A stretch of 64,000 nucleotides of DNA from Bugula neritina (lineage: Eukaryota > Animalia > Bryozoa): positions 3,566,741 to 3,630,740 of the forward strand of contig OZ037768.1 in the NCBI GenBank assembly GCA_964035545.1, given 5' to 3'. Below the pieces are notes generated by a model. It ran no database searches. It had not been told where the DNA came from and worked only from the letters and a program-made list of their open reading frames with translations. Below, in pieces: positions 1 through 29,039 of this stretch; position 1 is the first letter of the stretch; each line of letters starts with the position of its first letter. The translations under genes were made by a program, and so were the position numbers.

Positions 1-761
1 TTGAAAAATCTGCAGGTTGCTATGTGGTATTTTTACCTTTCATTCAGGCTGCCACAGGAGGAAATGATTCATCGACAATGACCAAAATCCTATCACAAAA
101 ATGCAATCATTCCTAAAATAGTACCTGAATGAACTGGAGACACTTGAGGAAAACCAAAAATATCCATGAAAATCATTTATTTTTCAGTGAAAGAACTTTG
201 CACTTGAATCAAAATAAATATTTTTGATTTGACTTTTGACATATTATTCTATAATTGTGCAATATTGTAGAAACTTGGTATTCCAAGCTTTACTTGACCT
301 ATTTTTATTGGCAGCAATTAAATTGGCAAATGTCACTGGCAGTGGATGATATCAGATATAGTGTGTTTTTCATATTTTTACTAATTTTAGTATAATCAGA
401 AAACAAACAGGGAAACATCATTAGACAAAGCATATGTTACATTCTACAGGCTACATACTGTGACAAAGCAGTTTTTAATCTTGAAATCAAGCTACATTTA
501 TTTAAAGTTTTCAAAATTATCAAATAAAATAATCATTGGCAGACAACTAAAATAATTGCGAAATTTGGCCCCATTTTGGGTAAAATTTGAAGATAATCTA
601 TTGCCTAATCATCTAGTGCAGGGTATTTTATTGCTAAACCACATTACATACAATGTGAGTTTGCAGTTTCTATTTCATCATATGATGACACCTTTTATTA
701 AAACTCTGTCAACATTTAAGTCAGAATTTAACTCAACATATATGCTCATATGCATATATAT

Positions 762-764
762 GTG

Positions 765-832
<68 letters not shown>

Positions 833-841
833 TGTGTGTGT
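762..841. repeat. (CGTG)n/(TG)n microsatellite
   Basis: About 17 contiguous cgtg units flanked by tg dinucleotides; explains the RACV-repeat ORF 556..873. Confidence 0.97.
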
Positions 842-1771
842 GGATTAAGACCTTCTTCTTCTTAGCATATTAATGCATCTTTTAATGGAAACATGTGTAC
901 ACATTATACTGCATAGTTTGCAATTAACTCGGGGTCCTAAGTTCATGATATGTTATATTTAAGTTGGTTAAAATAATTTAGAAAACGATTTTCAATCAAC
1001 CAGGTAGGACATACAAATTATTTTATCATTCTAAATAAGATGGCAGTTTTGGACTTCCAAGACTTACGGTTCATAAAACAATTATGTCATCATTTGAGAC
1101 AAATTTGGACTCACAAACTAAACTTCATATCCAAGTAGAAAGTGCAGGTATATAGATGGCTTTTAATATTCACTAAATCTAATGGGGTATTAGTAAAGAG
1201 TTGCCGATAGCAACAACCTTCAACTTCTGCACCAGACAAGAATTTGCTTATTCCAATATATAGATGTTGCAGATGTGCAGACTTTCTTTTATTAATCAAG
1301 TATTTATACATGCAGCTGACCGCAATTATTACTACTACTATTAGTTGAAAATAAACACTCTTAATTTTGCAAGCAGTATCTATCCTTTGCAGTACATGTA
1401 AAAGTTAATGTTGTAGTACATATACCATACAATTACAGTGAAATTAGGAAGAAATATCACAACTTTTATCTTGTGTGGGTGGCAATTTTATTGCACATCA
1501 AAAGGTGGAGCCATAAATATTTTGCAATACAAATTATAATATAAATTAGCATAAAATTCTAATAAAAATAATTTCAGTAAAAACTATCTAATGGAGTGAA
1601 AAAATTCAAAAGAATTGCTGTAATTTTTCTGTAAACTTTTCTGTCGATGTTCCAACATTCCAAACTGTTAACATGGCTCTAAATTGGCATATTGTATTAA
1701 ATATTTATATTGTGATGCTGATGGAGTGTTCAGAAAGAAGTCTGTAATATTTATATTTCTTAGTTGGTTTC

Positions 1772-1860
1772 AAGTTATAGACAATTAAAGGCGAAGTTGT
1801 AGACAATTATAAACAAAGTTATAGACAATTATAAGCAAAGTTATAGACAATTATAGACAA
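1772..1860. repeat. ~20-bp minisatellite (aagttatagacaattataaac), ~4 copies
   Basis: Repeated aagttatagacaatta core. Confidence 0.8.
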
Positions 1861-2810
1861 AGCTAACTTTTGTCAAAACCGTCAATTCAATACTGTTGAG
1901 TGCCACAATGTATCAATTTAATAAATAAACCTGTATTATTAGCAAATTATTAACTAAGTTATAATATTTTACGCTGCATTTCAGATTAGATTTTGATGAA
2001 TTAGAAGGATAATATAATATATATAGGTATATATATAGTATATATATAAGTATATACATGTATATAATATATATGTAAGTATATATATACTAAATATAGT
2101 ATTATATATAAGTGTAATATATTACAAGTATAATATACTCTTTGAGCTGTATGCTATTTAATATATTACAAGTATAATATACTCTTTGAGCTCTATGCTA
2201 GACTACATGCATTACAGTGTAATGTGTTCACAGAGGTTAAGATGTAAGTCATCATCCCCATACAATTAGCATGTCTGTCATGTAACTGTCAACATAATGT
2301 ATCTATTGACATCCACATTAATTTACTGTAAGTTGAACACAGATGGCAAAGTTGAATAAGCATGGTTAATGGCCTATTGATGAATCTAAATGTGTAATTG
2401 TGTAACTTGTGGAGTTATATAATATTTCGCATTGTATAATAGTTGGAACACTACCAAAATGGATCCTTATTTAATTACAATACATGCTATATATAACTAT
2501 AATATTATTATTAGTTTGCCTTCATCATTACTTGTGGATTTATGCCAAGTCACATATTTTGACACTATTGATTAAGTATTTTATGGGTTCTTTTTTATCT
2601 AAAAGCTAAAAGCATTAACTGTTTATGAACCTATTTATATTAATATATGCATAGAAGCTGGAATTTTTGAGAAACGTTTGATGTATTGATTTTAAACGCA
2701 GCAGCTAAGTGAGTCACTAAAACTCTTTTAAAATAAAAAGTTTGCTGTTTGCTATCTTCACTGTGAATTTCTTATTATTCTAGTAAACATAATAACATAG
2801 CATCAGTCTT

Positions 2811-3030
2811 GCAGGCTAAGAATTAGGTCTAGGGGTTAAATTGTTTGGCTTATCAAACACGGAGGCATGGGTTTGAACTCCAGTAAAGGCCATTGGTGAT
2901 GTTAGGAAGAGCATTCAGTCATAATTGCTCCTGTGCCATATATCAATAAGTCCTTAGCCCGCTTAAAAACCCTTTCCATCAGAGGTTTCTCACAGAGATG
3001 GTGACTATAAACCTGCGTGAGTGACTCTTG
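2811..3030 (+). mobile_element. tRNA-derived SINE, V-domain-like (copy A)
   Basis: A-box-like aggtctaggggttaaa, B-box-like gggtttgaactcc, core tggtgatgttaggaagagcattcagtcataattgctcctgtg and tail gatggtgactataaac; collinear with the copies at 33380 and 45568. Confidence 0.85.
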
Positions 3031-3846
3031 CAGGCTGCCCACACTTAAACTCTTGTCTTCTCTTGTGGTCAAACAGTCTATTAGTTTATATTGCAAAGTA
3101 TTACATATTTTACAGCTTAGTAACTTTTAGTTGAATTCTACTCATGTATATTATAACAATTCCATTTGGGGGAGGGGTGAAGGTTACACCGTAATAAAAC
3201 TCTATTGCACCATCTGTGTTAATTAACTACAAATCCTACATAGCCTAAATAAAGGAAAGAAAACTACTACTAAAAATGTTAGACAAGATGGCGATTATCT
3301 GCCATGTGTAAAAAGTAGACAAATTATAGTTAAAAATACACTTAAATTAGACTTCATATTTACACACACACACACACACACGCACGCACACACGCACACG
3401 CGCATGTGTGTGTTTGTGTGTGGTGTGTTGAAGTTAAAATTTTCTTTTACTTGTAAATCTTCTATATAATTATAGATATGTGGTGCCATTGAAATATAAA
3501 TTGAGGGAGTTTTAATTCATTGTGTGGGACTACTGCACTTGATAAAAGAGGAGTTATGTTCTCAACTTCATGTAAGTCCACTTTATATTCTTATGTGTTC
3601 AACTTCAGTTCTCAGTAGGAGTTGCTGATAAGATAATATTTGCCATTTGACTGGCACACATGTTTGTGTTAACTTTTATTAACTTATAGTCTTGTTTACC
3701 ATATGCTTATCAGAAGTAATGAAACCATAAATATGTAATTCCTTGGTAAACTTTATTTCTGAAGTGTTTTTCCTATTTAGTGGGAAGAAAGTGGGTTCAA
3801 GTGACTACACCTTATACCTTGTTTACAGGTACCAGCAGCACCTGAA

Positions 3847-17781
<13,935 letters not shown>

Positions 17782-18893
17782 TCTTTAGAAAGTCACTGAA
17801 ACAATATTCAACAGTACAATTTGTATAAAATAAAGGCTATTATAATCATTTTATCCGATTGTACAATTTTGGCAAAGAACTTGGACCAGGTATTTATTAC
17901 TTCAAACTTCACTATTGACTAATTTATTCACAGGTAAAATAATTCAGCTAAATGATGATTAAAAAATTAATTGATTTAATTTTAGAAAAAATATACTTGT
18001 TTTTTATATTTACTTAACTGCCTTGTAGAATTCCTACTACTTGCTAACTACGTATCATTATCATCTTCATAAAATATAAGCCTGGCTGGTAAATTGGTAT
18101 ATTTAGAGCTATTGAATTATATTACATACAAATAGCAGTTACACTGCAGTTAATAATTCAGCATGAGTAACATTCAGCTGAGAGCTTTTAAAGTGCTTTC
18201 AGACTAAAAAGAGAAAAAAAGGATCAAAATAATAATTACGATTTCCAGAGTACTGAGAAATGGAGACTAGAGAAGGGTGGATAATTGAACTGGATAAAAG
18301 TTTGCTAAGTTCATAGAAGACTAAACACTTGGCAGTTTTTAATTTCAAAATCCTGTTTAGCAGTTAATGTTATTTACATGTCAAAATTGACTCACAAAGT
18401 AGAACAAAATATATAAGTATAACAACTAATAATTAATCAACTGCAGGCATTATTGGATAGATTTTAAGTTGATAATGAACATTTAAACAATGTAACAAAT
18501 AAAATGTTATTGTATAATGACATATTCAAATATACTAACAATACTACACATTAAAATAACATTTTACTAATACAACAGTGTAATTTATCAGATTGTTAAA
18601 CTGAGAGGGTTATTGCCAAGTCTTTTAATCTAATCGACCATATTTGGGCATGCGATGACTCATATTAAGTTTTGGTCCTTTCTTGTGGTGGCTGTAGGCG
18701 TGAGGCGTTGGACATGTGCCTAAAGGTGTGTCCTGGCATACAGTACAAGGTGCTCCTTTCTTGAGCTCACTGAACGTGGCCGTCATGTCATAAAGCTAGT
18801 TGCTGGATAGTGGTGGAATCCTGAGTGTGGTAGAAGAAACACCATGTAGAGTAGGGACGCCTCAGCCTACGCCCAAACTAGATTGCTCGGAGA

Positions 18894-21800
18894 TCATGGC
18901 ACTAAAATACAATGAACATTTCTTGATTGGATTTTAATTTATGAACATTACAGATTTTTGCTGCCCAAATCTTTACACTATATATAGATAGATTATAGTT
19001 TGGGTGTAATAATACTCACTAACATGCAAAGTAGGTTACCATTTCACCACAGTGAAATTTAGACAGTGGCAATAAATAAAATGGCCCTACCACACATTGG
19101 ACTAGATTTTGTTTTTTTCAGAACAAAAATAGATTTGACAAAATTTTCCATAAGCCAGTGGAATCTGGTTTGAGATGGAAATCCTGGGAAAATTAAAATC
19201 CATAAAAAAATTACAAATTGCTAAGCAATTTGGTGGAGTGACTGAGCATGCAATGCAGTGTATACACTGGGGCAGGTGCAGAGATGATTGCAGCCAAAAA
19301 CCTGTCCACAAAGTGTTGGCGAGAGTTTCTGTAGCAGCAACAGGAACTTATCTACTGTTGAAGAGGTGGACAGAAGTTAACAAGTGCCCACATTTCATCG
19401 GGTGACAAGTACTAATAAAGGGGACTTAGACAGTCTAAATATCAACTATCTACATGAGGTATGATTTCCTGTTTCATAACTTTCAACTGAATGCCATTAA
19501 CTAAATCATTTCCAAAACACTGGAGAGCATCTCCAAGACCCTAGTAAGTAGTAAGCAGGATTAGAGCCTGTGGCCAGAATATAAAACCTGGCAAGTAACA
19601 ATACCTCATTGTGCTGTCAGGGTAACATTGCATATAGTTGATGAATTATGATCTGATCACAGTTGGATTACTTTAACCAACCCGGAACTACCTAGCTTTG
19701 TGTAATGATATAAGAGAGACCCAGGACCTTTTATAGCAATTATATTCACATAATGATGCCTACAATAACCTGGTTGACACTGAGGTAAAGCAATATTCAG
19801 GTTCAGCCAGATTATTAAGGTAAGTACAGACAGTAATAGTAAATACTATAAACTTACAGTAGAAGATGGAAATCTGCCCCATCAGAACTCTAAAAAAGTG
19901 AAAGAATATTATTAATGACTGGTGTGTGCTCAAGTGTAATGAGCCACAACTATGGCAACGTAAAAACTTAATACTAAATGGGAAATTTATCTTCTATTTA
20001 CATATTTAAAAAGCCAGGCTTCCACATAATGACCAACGGGCAGTAAATGATCCATGACGTTTACTTTGACACTCCAATGGCTTCCAATAAAAAGAATTAA
20101 TTCCATAACCTTCCACTGACCAGCACGGTGGTCAGGTCACATTCTTTAACTAAAGAGGCAGAGAATGGCATCTGTCTCAAGGCTTGGAGGTCAAAATATC
20201 AGTCAGAAGTAACTGCCATTGTTTAGTGTGGATGATAAGTTGAAATACTTTAAAAACTTTGGAAACTTTTCTACAGTAAATTTGGTACTAAAGAAAATTC
20301 AACTCACTTTGAAATGGACAGCTGGAGGCGTTAGAGACGGCGTTCTTGAACTTCATGTGGTCTTCTCTACTCAGCCCTGTATATATTCAACACAAAAACT
20401 GTTACTATTTAGTTTCAACAACTTGCAATATACAAGAAGGCACACCAAAACTTCAATGCAATATATTTATCCATCTAGCTGAAATATAATTTTTGGCACA
20501 TTATAAAAGTAAAACAAATTGTTTGAACCTTTCCAGAAAATGGCAATAGGTTAAATAATAAGGTTTATGGTGGCAAATCAAAGTGAACAGGTGAATGTAT
20601 TATATAAAGTATGGAGTGCGTTGCCTCTACACCCAGACCAGTTAATGGTTGACTGGGTATTGTCATTGAACTTTGCATAACCTGCCATCAGTGAAGCTCT
20701 TGCCCTACTCCACTACTGAATCTAGTCTAATAACATGTCTGCTGCAGTGACAGACAAAATCAATAACTCTAGGAGAATCAAGGGTTAACATTCTCATAGC
20801 CTACAAGACATGCGGGTATGAACCCTGTAAGAGACACAGTCAACAGCTCCCCCTATTTGCATAAACCAGTAACTTTAAGAGCTATGCTAAAAGAATTGTG
20901 AATAACTAGAAGTTTCACCTTCAAATTAAAATTTTTAGTAAAAAGTAACTACCAAATAATATGCCAGCTGTAAATAATTAGAAAATAAAATTCAAGTCAA
21001 AAATGCCTTTTGTTTGGAGAATACTATTACAGTTAATAAAATGATTATGAAAGAGGTTGGCAATGGTGTAAGAAGCTGATAGCTAAAGGGAGGCTCAAGG
21101 AAGTATCCAGCAGGGGGAGCTACAGAAAGTAACCAGCAGGGGGAGCTACAGAAAGTGACCAACAGAGGGAGCTAGTAAAACTCAACAAACCTCGAACCAG
21201 CCACCCTGGGGGTATGGCAGGTATCAAATCGACAGGTTTCTTGGCATGGGTCTTCTTCTGCCTCTTGGTGGACATATCTAAAGCAAAATATAACCCCTCT
21301 AGAAGTTGTAAAGATATGAATCTAAGGCTACAAGAAAAAACACTAATACTAGTGAACTATTAATTAACTATATCCCTGTAACTAAACACAATGTATTAGG
21401 TGTACCATAGTATTAAATAGACATCCTATGCTTCCCAACGAATTATATTTTAATGGACATTTTGATTTATTGATCCAGTCTCCCCAGTGTATTTTACATA
21501 TAATGAAGTTCATTCACCCTTATTGTGGCAAGACACGAGATTGCACTATAATATTGTGTAGATATTTCTTTATTAGTGTACTGCTGTACCTAGCGCTGCA
21601 GTCATTATATTATTAGCTTTCATCTAGCAGTTTATTCAACCATGTTTATGTCTAACAGCAAAAGGGCATTGGCCAACATCTATTTAGCCTGCTGCAGCTG
21701 CAGCCACTATCCTCAGACTACTCACACGTGCATCTCAGTTCAACAACCTATTGATTGTCTACCGAGACACCAGACAGAATCAAACCAGCTCTCCTAGCTG

Positions 21801-24530
21801 CCCTCTTGTGAATAAGGCACTAGCCCAACCCCTGGGGGGGAATGGGGGAGTCTACACACCCACCCTGTTTAGCTCCATATGTGGAGTTTAGTTCTATTAA
21901 ATTGAATGACAGATGACAATAAATTACACCTACTCTCCTGCCACAGTTACCCAATATTATTCTACCACATGATCAACCAAAGGCTCCAAAATTGTCACCC
22001 ATTGTTGGATGTTAGGAAAGTGCAGTTGTGAAGTTTATTTTTAATTTTCAGGTTTTAAAATTTCTTTTCATCAAGTTGAGTACCCCAGAATGAAATGCCA
22101 ATATATTTTCTCTTTCAAGAGTTGTGGAAGTGCTATGGAATAGAAGCCTTGGCTGAATATTTATTACCTTTAATTTTGCTTTTGAAATTTGAAGGGAATT
22201 CAAAGCATGAAATTCCAGTTTAGTAGCTTCACATATAATAAAAGTATTGGGAAAAATAATTTAATTATTTCGTAAACAATGCATGTTGATTTTTTTGCAA
22301 TATTATGTTTTACAGTTCAAGACAATAGAGGTAATATAAGATAACAATCAAAAATAGTAACTGTATAAAGCATAATATTAGACCAGAGCCTAGAGTAAGA
22401 GAAGGTAGGTGGGGGGGGGTTATGCACCTTACCTAATGGTTCATCGTTGTTATTGCCGTAGCCAGACTTCAGATCAGCATCTACAACATAACGCAACTCA
22501 ATTAAATATATTAATGAGACTGCAGCCATTGCCTAACAAAGCATAGCTGGAAATTTATTTCAAAGTTTCAAGTTACGCAAACAGTAGAACAACAAAGTTT
22601 CATTTACATCTATTTTTATTAAACTTATTTATTAATTATTGGTTTGAATTCATAACCTAGTTTGAAGGATAACGCAAAAATAACCAAACAATAACATGGC
22701 GCAAGTATTCACCAACCTATGTGCCAGAGGAAAGTAGCTGTAATGTGACAGTGAAATTTTTTTTAACTATTAATACAACTGGTGGGAGTCAATAAATAAC
22801 GACAGAAGGAAATACAAAAAATAAGTTTTATATCCTCTTTTGAATAGCACAACGGGTTAAAGTGACTAACAAGTATCAAATAAAATGATTGGATAGGATA
22901 GGGTTAGATGGTGAAGGTAGAGTAATAGAGACAGCTTCGGCAAAAAGGAACAAACAAGCTGTAGCCCTATTTCTATCAGACACCCAATGCCAGTATTTGC
23001 TAACTATGCTAGGCCCAAAGCCTATATGTCTGGTCATTGACTCCAGCCCGGTAAAGAGACAGTTATTATTGAGCGTCTGAGTAACCAAGGTAGTGGTGTT
23101 GCTGGGATTACGTAACAGCCCCATTACATACACAGACAAGTGATTACTGACAGTGGGAACAATGACCGCACCATACTTGTTTACTACTACAGCAGATGCT
23201 AAGAGCATGGAGTGGTCACGTGATATCGTGCAGTCTGTCGTCTGCCAGTGCCACGACCAGCCTATAAGACGGACACTACGCATGCGTTGTGCACTTGTTT
23301 TCCCCTTCAGACACGCACCAAACATTCACAGTATGGATAGACCGTCTGAACTTGTGGTGACTCACCCGAGCTGCTTGTCGAATCAATTTCTGCGTATTTT
23401 CTTTTTAGTTTTAGTTTTATTGGAACACAATCTTCCTTTTTAGTCTCAGAATCATCCGATTCGGTTTCAGAAGCCGAGGAGTCTTCTATTTTAATGGTTG
23501 ATTTTATGAATTTTGGACTATTGAACTGTTTCAGCAGAGTCTAGAACAAACAAATGAACTTTTACCTTTATTCTGTGTATTGCTACCTGGGTGGTCTCAA
23601 TGGCATGACCACCCATTGGCCAACATTTAAAAATAAACACTTCAAATTTCAAGAGATAGAATTTAGAGAAAGTTGGCTAAAGATGTGTTCAACTAATTGC
23701 CACCAACATTGAACTGTACTATAACATACAAACGCCAACAGGAAAAAACAAGGAACAATTTAGAGTCCTCCTTAGTTGCAGTAACTATAGAAACTGAATA
23801 AGAATTACTGTTATGCAATGTAGATGATTCAAGGTTGTTTGAAGGTTGATAAACAATATTTCACCTATTTTATATTCTAGTACATAAGCAGTATAATATT
23901 TATTCTGGTATACAAAAAGGTTTAAATTGCCTACAAAACATTCATCCAAATGGTTATAACTTATAAGTAATAAAAACAGTTTTAATTTAAATAAAATTTC
24001 TGGCATTTCCCATCTACCAGATTTCAAATAAAATTTTAATATTTTCTTTGCAATTTTGCAATTAGAACAACAAAACATTGATTTTTGTCCAATAAAGTGT
24101 TTAAACTTTAAACTAATGGAGAAGTGTTCAAAAGAATGAACTAGGAGTAACACAGATGTTACGGAAATAGGAAATGATACATCTCTATCAACTGTACGTC
24201 ATGACAAAAACTTGGCTAAGACCAGCTATATGTTAGCTTATAAAAACAGCTGTTATATAATGCAACATTCTGGGCCATTCATTTTACAATAAAATACAGA
24301 GGTCTGTAAAATTTACAACTGGTTCAGCTTTGCTTGTACAAATAATCTAGATTCTAGAAGTCTGTAAAATGTACAGTACACAAAGCTGTAAATAGTCTGA
24401 GAAGTGGACAGTTTTTACTTACCTGCTCAATAATATGATCAACAGACAACTGGAATGTAAAGCCATCTTTCAGCTTTTTAGCTTTGATAATTCTTCCAGA
24501 TGGCTCTTCTCCCTTCATATCTAATACACT
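18894..24530 (-). CDS. orphan spliced gene of unknown function; 3' end appears degenerate (possible pseudogene)
   Basis: Phase-consistent GT-AG exons 24530-24423, 23540-23366, 22480-22433, 21277-21191, 20376-20308, 20149-20110, 19889-19858 and a last exon from 18901 read ..MKGEEPSGRIIKAKKLKDGFTFQLSVDHIIEQTLLKQFNSPK..KLKRKYAEIDS..MSTKRQKKTHAKKPVDLIPAIPPGWLVRGLSREDHMKFK..IKECDLTTVLVSGRVLMGQISIFYLP*. A probable upstream exon ends at a strong donor near 29470 in a CpG-rich region. Confidence 0.5.
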
Positions 24531-25904
24531 CTAAAATATGAAAATACTTAATAAATATATATTATATTTAATAAATATAATACACATATTTATTGAATAT
24601 ATAATATATATTTTAATGAATATATAGTATATATTTAATAAATATATAATATAAACATAATTATGTATTGTTATTTAAAATAGCATTTACCAAAAATATC
24701 ATAAAATTGACGATCGAATGCAAAATATGAAAGTTTTTTAACAGCAACATGACATTTCAGGAAATCCTGTTTTTATACTGCCTGATCTTATAAACCTTTT
24801 AGGGATGTAAATAATATTTTTAATCACATTACTAAAACATTTTTCTTTTTCGTACTTCATTATATAAAAAAGAAAAAAAAGGAAGAGATTGGGCAATGCT
24901 TTTACAAAAAAAAACTGTTGCCAAAAAACCACCATAAGCAATCATTATATATTAGGAGCAAACACAGCCCTAAGTTACATACAGTACTAAAATAGTACAA
25001 TAATAAATAATTTCACATTCTTCAATACAGTAAAATAAAAAAATCCTCTTACTTGATAATAACTTATAGAAAAACTTTTGCTAAAATATAGTGACTTGCA
25101 AAGCAAGATGACTGTCAATAGAAAAGCTAACAACTCAACAGAGATGGCAATTGAACACAACCGGTCAGCTCGCCTGGTACACTCGCACTGAAGTATAAGC
25201 ACCAGCGTGGCTAATATAAGCGCCGTGTCCAGTTATAAGGCTGGTCATCGACCGTCTGCAAGCGAGCTCTATTATCAGTCAATTACATAACACTATTGAT
25301 TAAATATACGGGTCTAGGGACCAAACACTGGCTACAACAACCAGCATTCGCATTAGTTATTATAATTATATCTAAACAGACGTCTATAGCCTCGGTTTTT
25401 AAAATACGTCTGCAAGAAGGAACACTACAGTTTTTAAGAAAGTAACTTTCATAGTAGCAAAACATAGCTTGAGTTTGTATACAGAGTGTACCACCAAGTA
25501 TTAAGGCTATACTAATAACTGTTATTATGATGAAACATATAGGATATTCATACCAGTTATTATTACAACCAGTACCATGCTTATTTTGTGGTGCAATATT
25601 CTCAGAAAAGATTTACTTAGCTATATTTTAATCCGAGTGAAAAACATGTTGTTGAGATTATAATATAAATATCTGTCAAACAAGACGAAAGGGCAACTTA
25701 TTGGAATTTTAATTTTTGGATGCCTTTACTTTATTATTGAAGAAGATAGAAAGTGACACAATTTCTTAAATATCTACAACAATTACTTAAAAGTAACAAC
25801 AAAACCTAGTTGAATTTGGGCTACAGCTGTAGATTTGAAAAAAATATAGACAGATATAAGCAATACTAGTGTCAATAACTTATTGAAGGGAGGCCTATTA
25901 TACA

Positions 25905-26155
25905 GTTGGTAGTGTAAGTGCAGAATGACTAGTGTAATTTTAGAGTAAGTAAATAAGAAGCTAGTAGGTAGGGTAGATGTAGAGTAAATAATGTAGATAC
26001 AGAATTAGCTGGTAGTTCAGTGTAAGTGTAGAGTAAGTAATGTATAGTGTAGTGTAGGCTGGTAGTGCAGAGTAAGTGTAGAGTAAGTAATGTAGATACA
26101 TAACTGGCTAGTAGTGTAGAGTAAGTAATGCAGATACAGAATTAACTGGTAGTGC
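25905..26155. repeat. degenerate ~40-46-bp minisatellite (ggtagtgtagagtaagtaatgtagatacagaattaact)
   Basis: About 5-6 imperfect copies. Confidence 0.7.
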
Positions 26156-26911
26156 AGCGATGGTGGTACAACAGTTAGTAAAATCGTACAGACTAGCAAT
26201 GAGTATAGCATTGTGTTCAAGGACAAATAGAGACGCGTACAAAGCAATGAGATGTTATTGAAGATAATTATTTGTGTCGCATTGTCAGTAAGTTGCCAAC
26301 AAACGACTGAGAGTGGAAAGGAAGTTGCAAAATACCAGTATAACTATCACAAGGTATGGGTAATGAAAAACGGTTTTAAAGTAGTTGCATGATAAATTTA
26401 CTGCAGGCTGGCTAACTTACTAGTATATTACTTACCCAGGAATATTGATGAACCAATCTAATAATTTGAGGGCACTAATAAAATCAAGTAATTTTGAAAT
26501 TTGGACAACTATAATCATATTGAGTTTCCACTCAAACAAGTTAACTGTGCTTTTCAATCGCACTGTGAAATATATGCCTTGATTATAACCAATATATTAT
26601 TATTTGTTATTAGTATGATGATAAATTAGGGCTTTTATGTTCAAATAGTTATTTACAGTAGATCAGTAGTTGTTTGCAGGCAAAACTATGGCTATCTGCA
26701 GCAGATTCACAACAGTTGTCTACAGATTACAGTTTTGAGCTTGGATTACCAACCCTTGGAGAATATCTGTAGTTAACTCTTTTACTTTTAGATGGGAGAA
26801 TAATAGCTTGTCATCACGTGCTATTGTTGATAAACCTTAACCAAGGGCGACTGTGATATTAATTAGTCTAGTGTTCCACTCCACAGGTTAATAATAACTA
26901 CTTAGTAATAC

Positions 26912-27085
26912 TTCACTGATCACTACTGACTGATTACTACTGCCTGTTTACTACTGACTGATCACTACTGACTGATTACTACTGCCTGTTTACTACTGAC
27001 TGTTTACTACTGACTGATTACTACTGACTGTTTACTACTGACTGATTACTACTAACTGATAACTACTAACTGATAACTACTGAGT
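26912..27085. repeat. 13-bp minisatellite (actactgactgat/tt)
   Basis: About 13 imperfect copies. Confidence 0.85.
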
Positions 27086-29039
27086 ACCAACTGCTCACCA
27101 TTAACTGGCAAGCAAAGAATTGGACCAGCTAGTCAGTTGCATTATGGGACTTTTCCACCCACCATTGACAAGTTGGGTGAGAGAAGATGTAAAACCAACT
27201 GTCTCTTTGAACACTTATACCATTACACTCCTCTTGACAGCTAGTTTTAGCCATTTCCTTAAATCAACTAAGCTCAACTTATCAAAATAGTCATTGGCTA
27301 GAAAAACAAACCATGCTTTCATGAAAAAGAGTTTGACTTTTGAACTGTCTACTGAGTGGATGTAGAAAATAGTTGCCAAAAATAGATCTGGGGCTTCAGT
27401 TAGGATATCCTGCAGGGTACAAGAGGTAGACTCAGTTTTATTCTATATAGCAAATGAATGAAGTTTGCACTGTATTTTCCCCAACAGCTAGCACCTAAGT
27501 TAAATTGAAAAACCAGTAATGATAGAATAGCGATGAAGTGCTTTTGTGTACTTTCAAATACAATTATAACTTTCAAGATAAACATGCAACTAGATTTTCG
27601 TAAAAACACCTGTTGTAATGATGACCTGCATAAAAAGGCAATTTTTAAAAATAGACACAAATAGACAAGTTGAAGTACTTCCTTTGGTAGAAAGCTAGGA
27701 AGCCACGCATTGCATAATAGCATGTGGAGGTATTCATTCTGTAGCAGTTATCCTTATACACCGCGTACATAATACGAAGATAATAAATGGCAGATTATAT
27801 CATAACACTCACTCTTTTACCTAATAAAAGCTAAATATACACCATCTGGGAGATAAGCAATAAAGAGGCAGTGAGTTGTAGTAACATTGTAGCCTGCTGT
27901 ATTCCCCTGAAACATGACTCTAGCAACATATATCCTGTCTACGATGGAGTACTTTACTAAATACTACCACCAGCTGTGTTGACCTTTGTGTAGGATGCAT
28001 GCCTATCACTTCGTTTTGATAACAAAATTCATGTCAAGAAAAACCAGCTTCACAGTTGATGTTTAATTAGGTTTATAAATTAAGAGGTCATCAACGTGAT
28101 AGAAGCACCCTCTTCGGGATGGGTAATTGCTAGCAGACAACTTTATTAGCTGTTGCGTCACTATAAATAACTTATGGATAAAAAGCTATTGAAAAATTTC
28201 ATAGTTACAACTATTGACAAAAGTTTTCTTCAAATTAAGTTATTGATAATTATTACGCTACGTTCACTGAAAGACAAAGTAAATTTTTGAGTTATTGCTA
28301 CCCATGAATAGCAATACTTATTATGTTATTATACTAATATAAACAGACTACAAGTATAATATGACAAGTCTAGTTTCAATTTGAGTCACAGCTGAGGTTA
28401 GTTATGTTCATATCCTACAGTCTACAAAACGGAAAACTTGATTGCCATATCTACTAGCCCATGACCAAGCCTAAATATACCCATCCTCACCTATCTCTGC
28501 TCTGTCCTGTTTCTAAATCTACCCATACAAACTCACAATTACAAAAATAAACCATAAGACTGAGAACAATGAGTTTACAATACAACGAAGGCCGTGTTTA
28601 AACATTGCGAAGATAACAAGCGATGATACAAGTCCAAAAGTACTTACTGTGTTCACTCAACCCATACGGTGCCATTATCAATATGACTAATAGGCAAAGG
28701 AGTGGAGGATCAAAACACGACCGTCACGTATCACTATGACCGTAACTATACAACCTTTATAGTACTAGTACTCCGTGGATTGCAACCCTACATCTAATTT
28801 GAATACAAATGCTTTGGCCTTGAGCAGATGATGTAGCAAGTATTATTGATACAACTAATTCAAACTATGATTTACAGTTAGTGTTAGCACTCTCTGAGGC
28901 AGTTAAACTTAATGTTATTCATATTGCAATGACCAAAAAATTACATAATTAGTTGATCATATTAATAAGCAAACTGAAACCCATAAAGGATACACTAACA
29001 GCAACCTAGCTCTTTCATCACTAAAGTGTAGGCAATCAT

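Noticed and set aside
21191-23540. Bicistronic transcript or Sec/TGA readthrough at the MSTKRQKK exon
   Set aside because: Recounting the A-run shows exon 23540-23366 stays open and in frame with the downstream exons, so the Met is internal.
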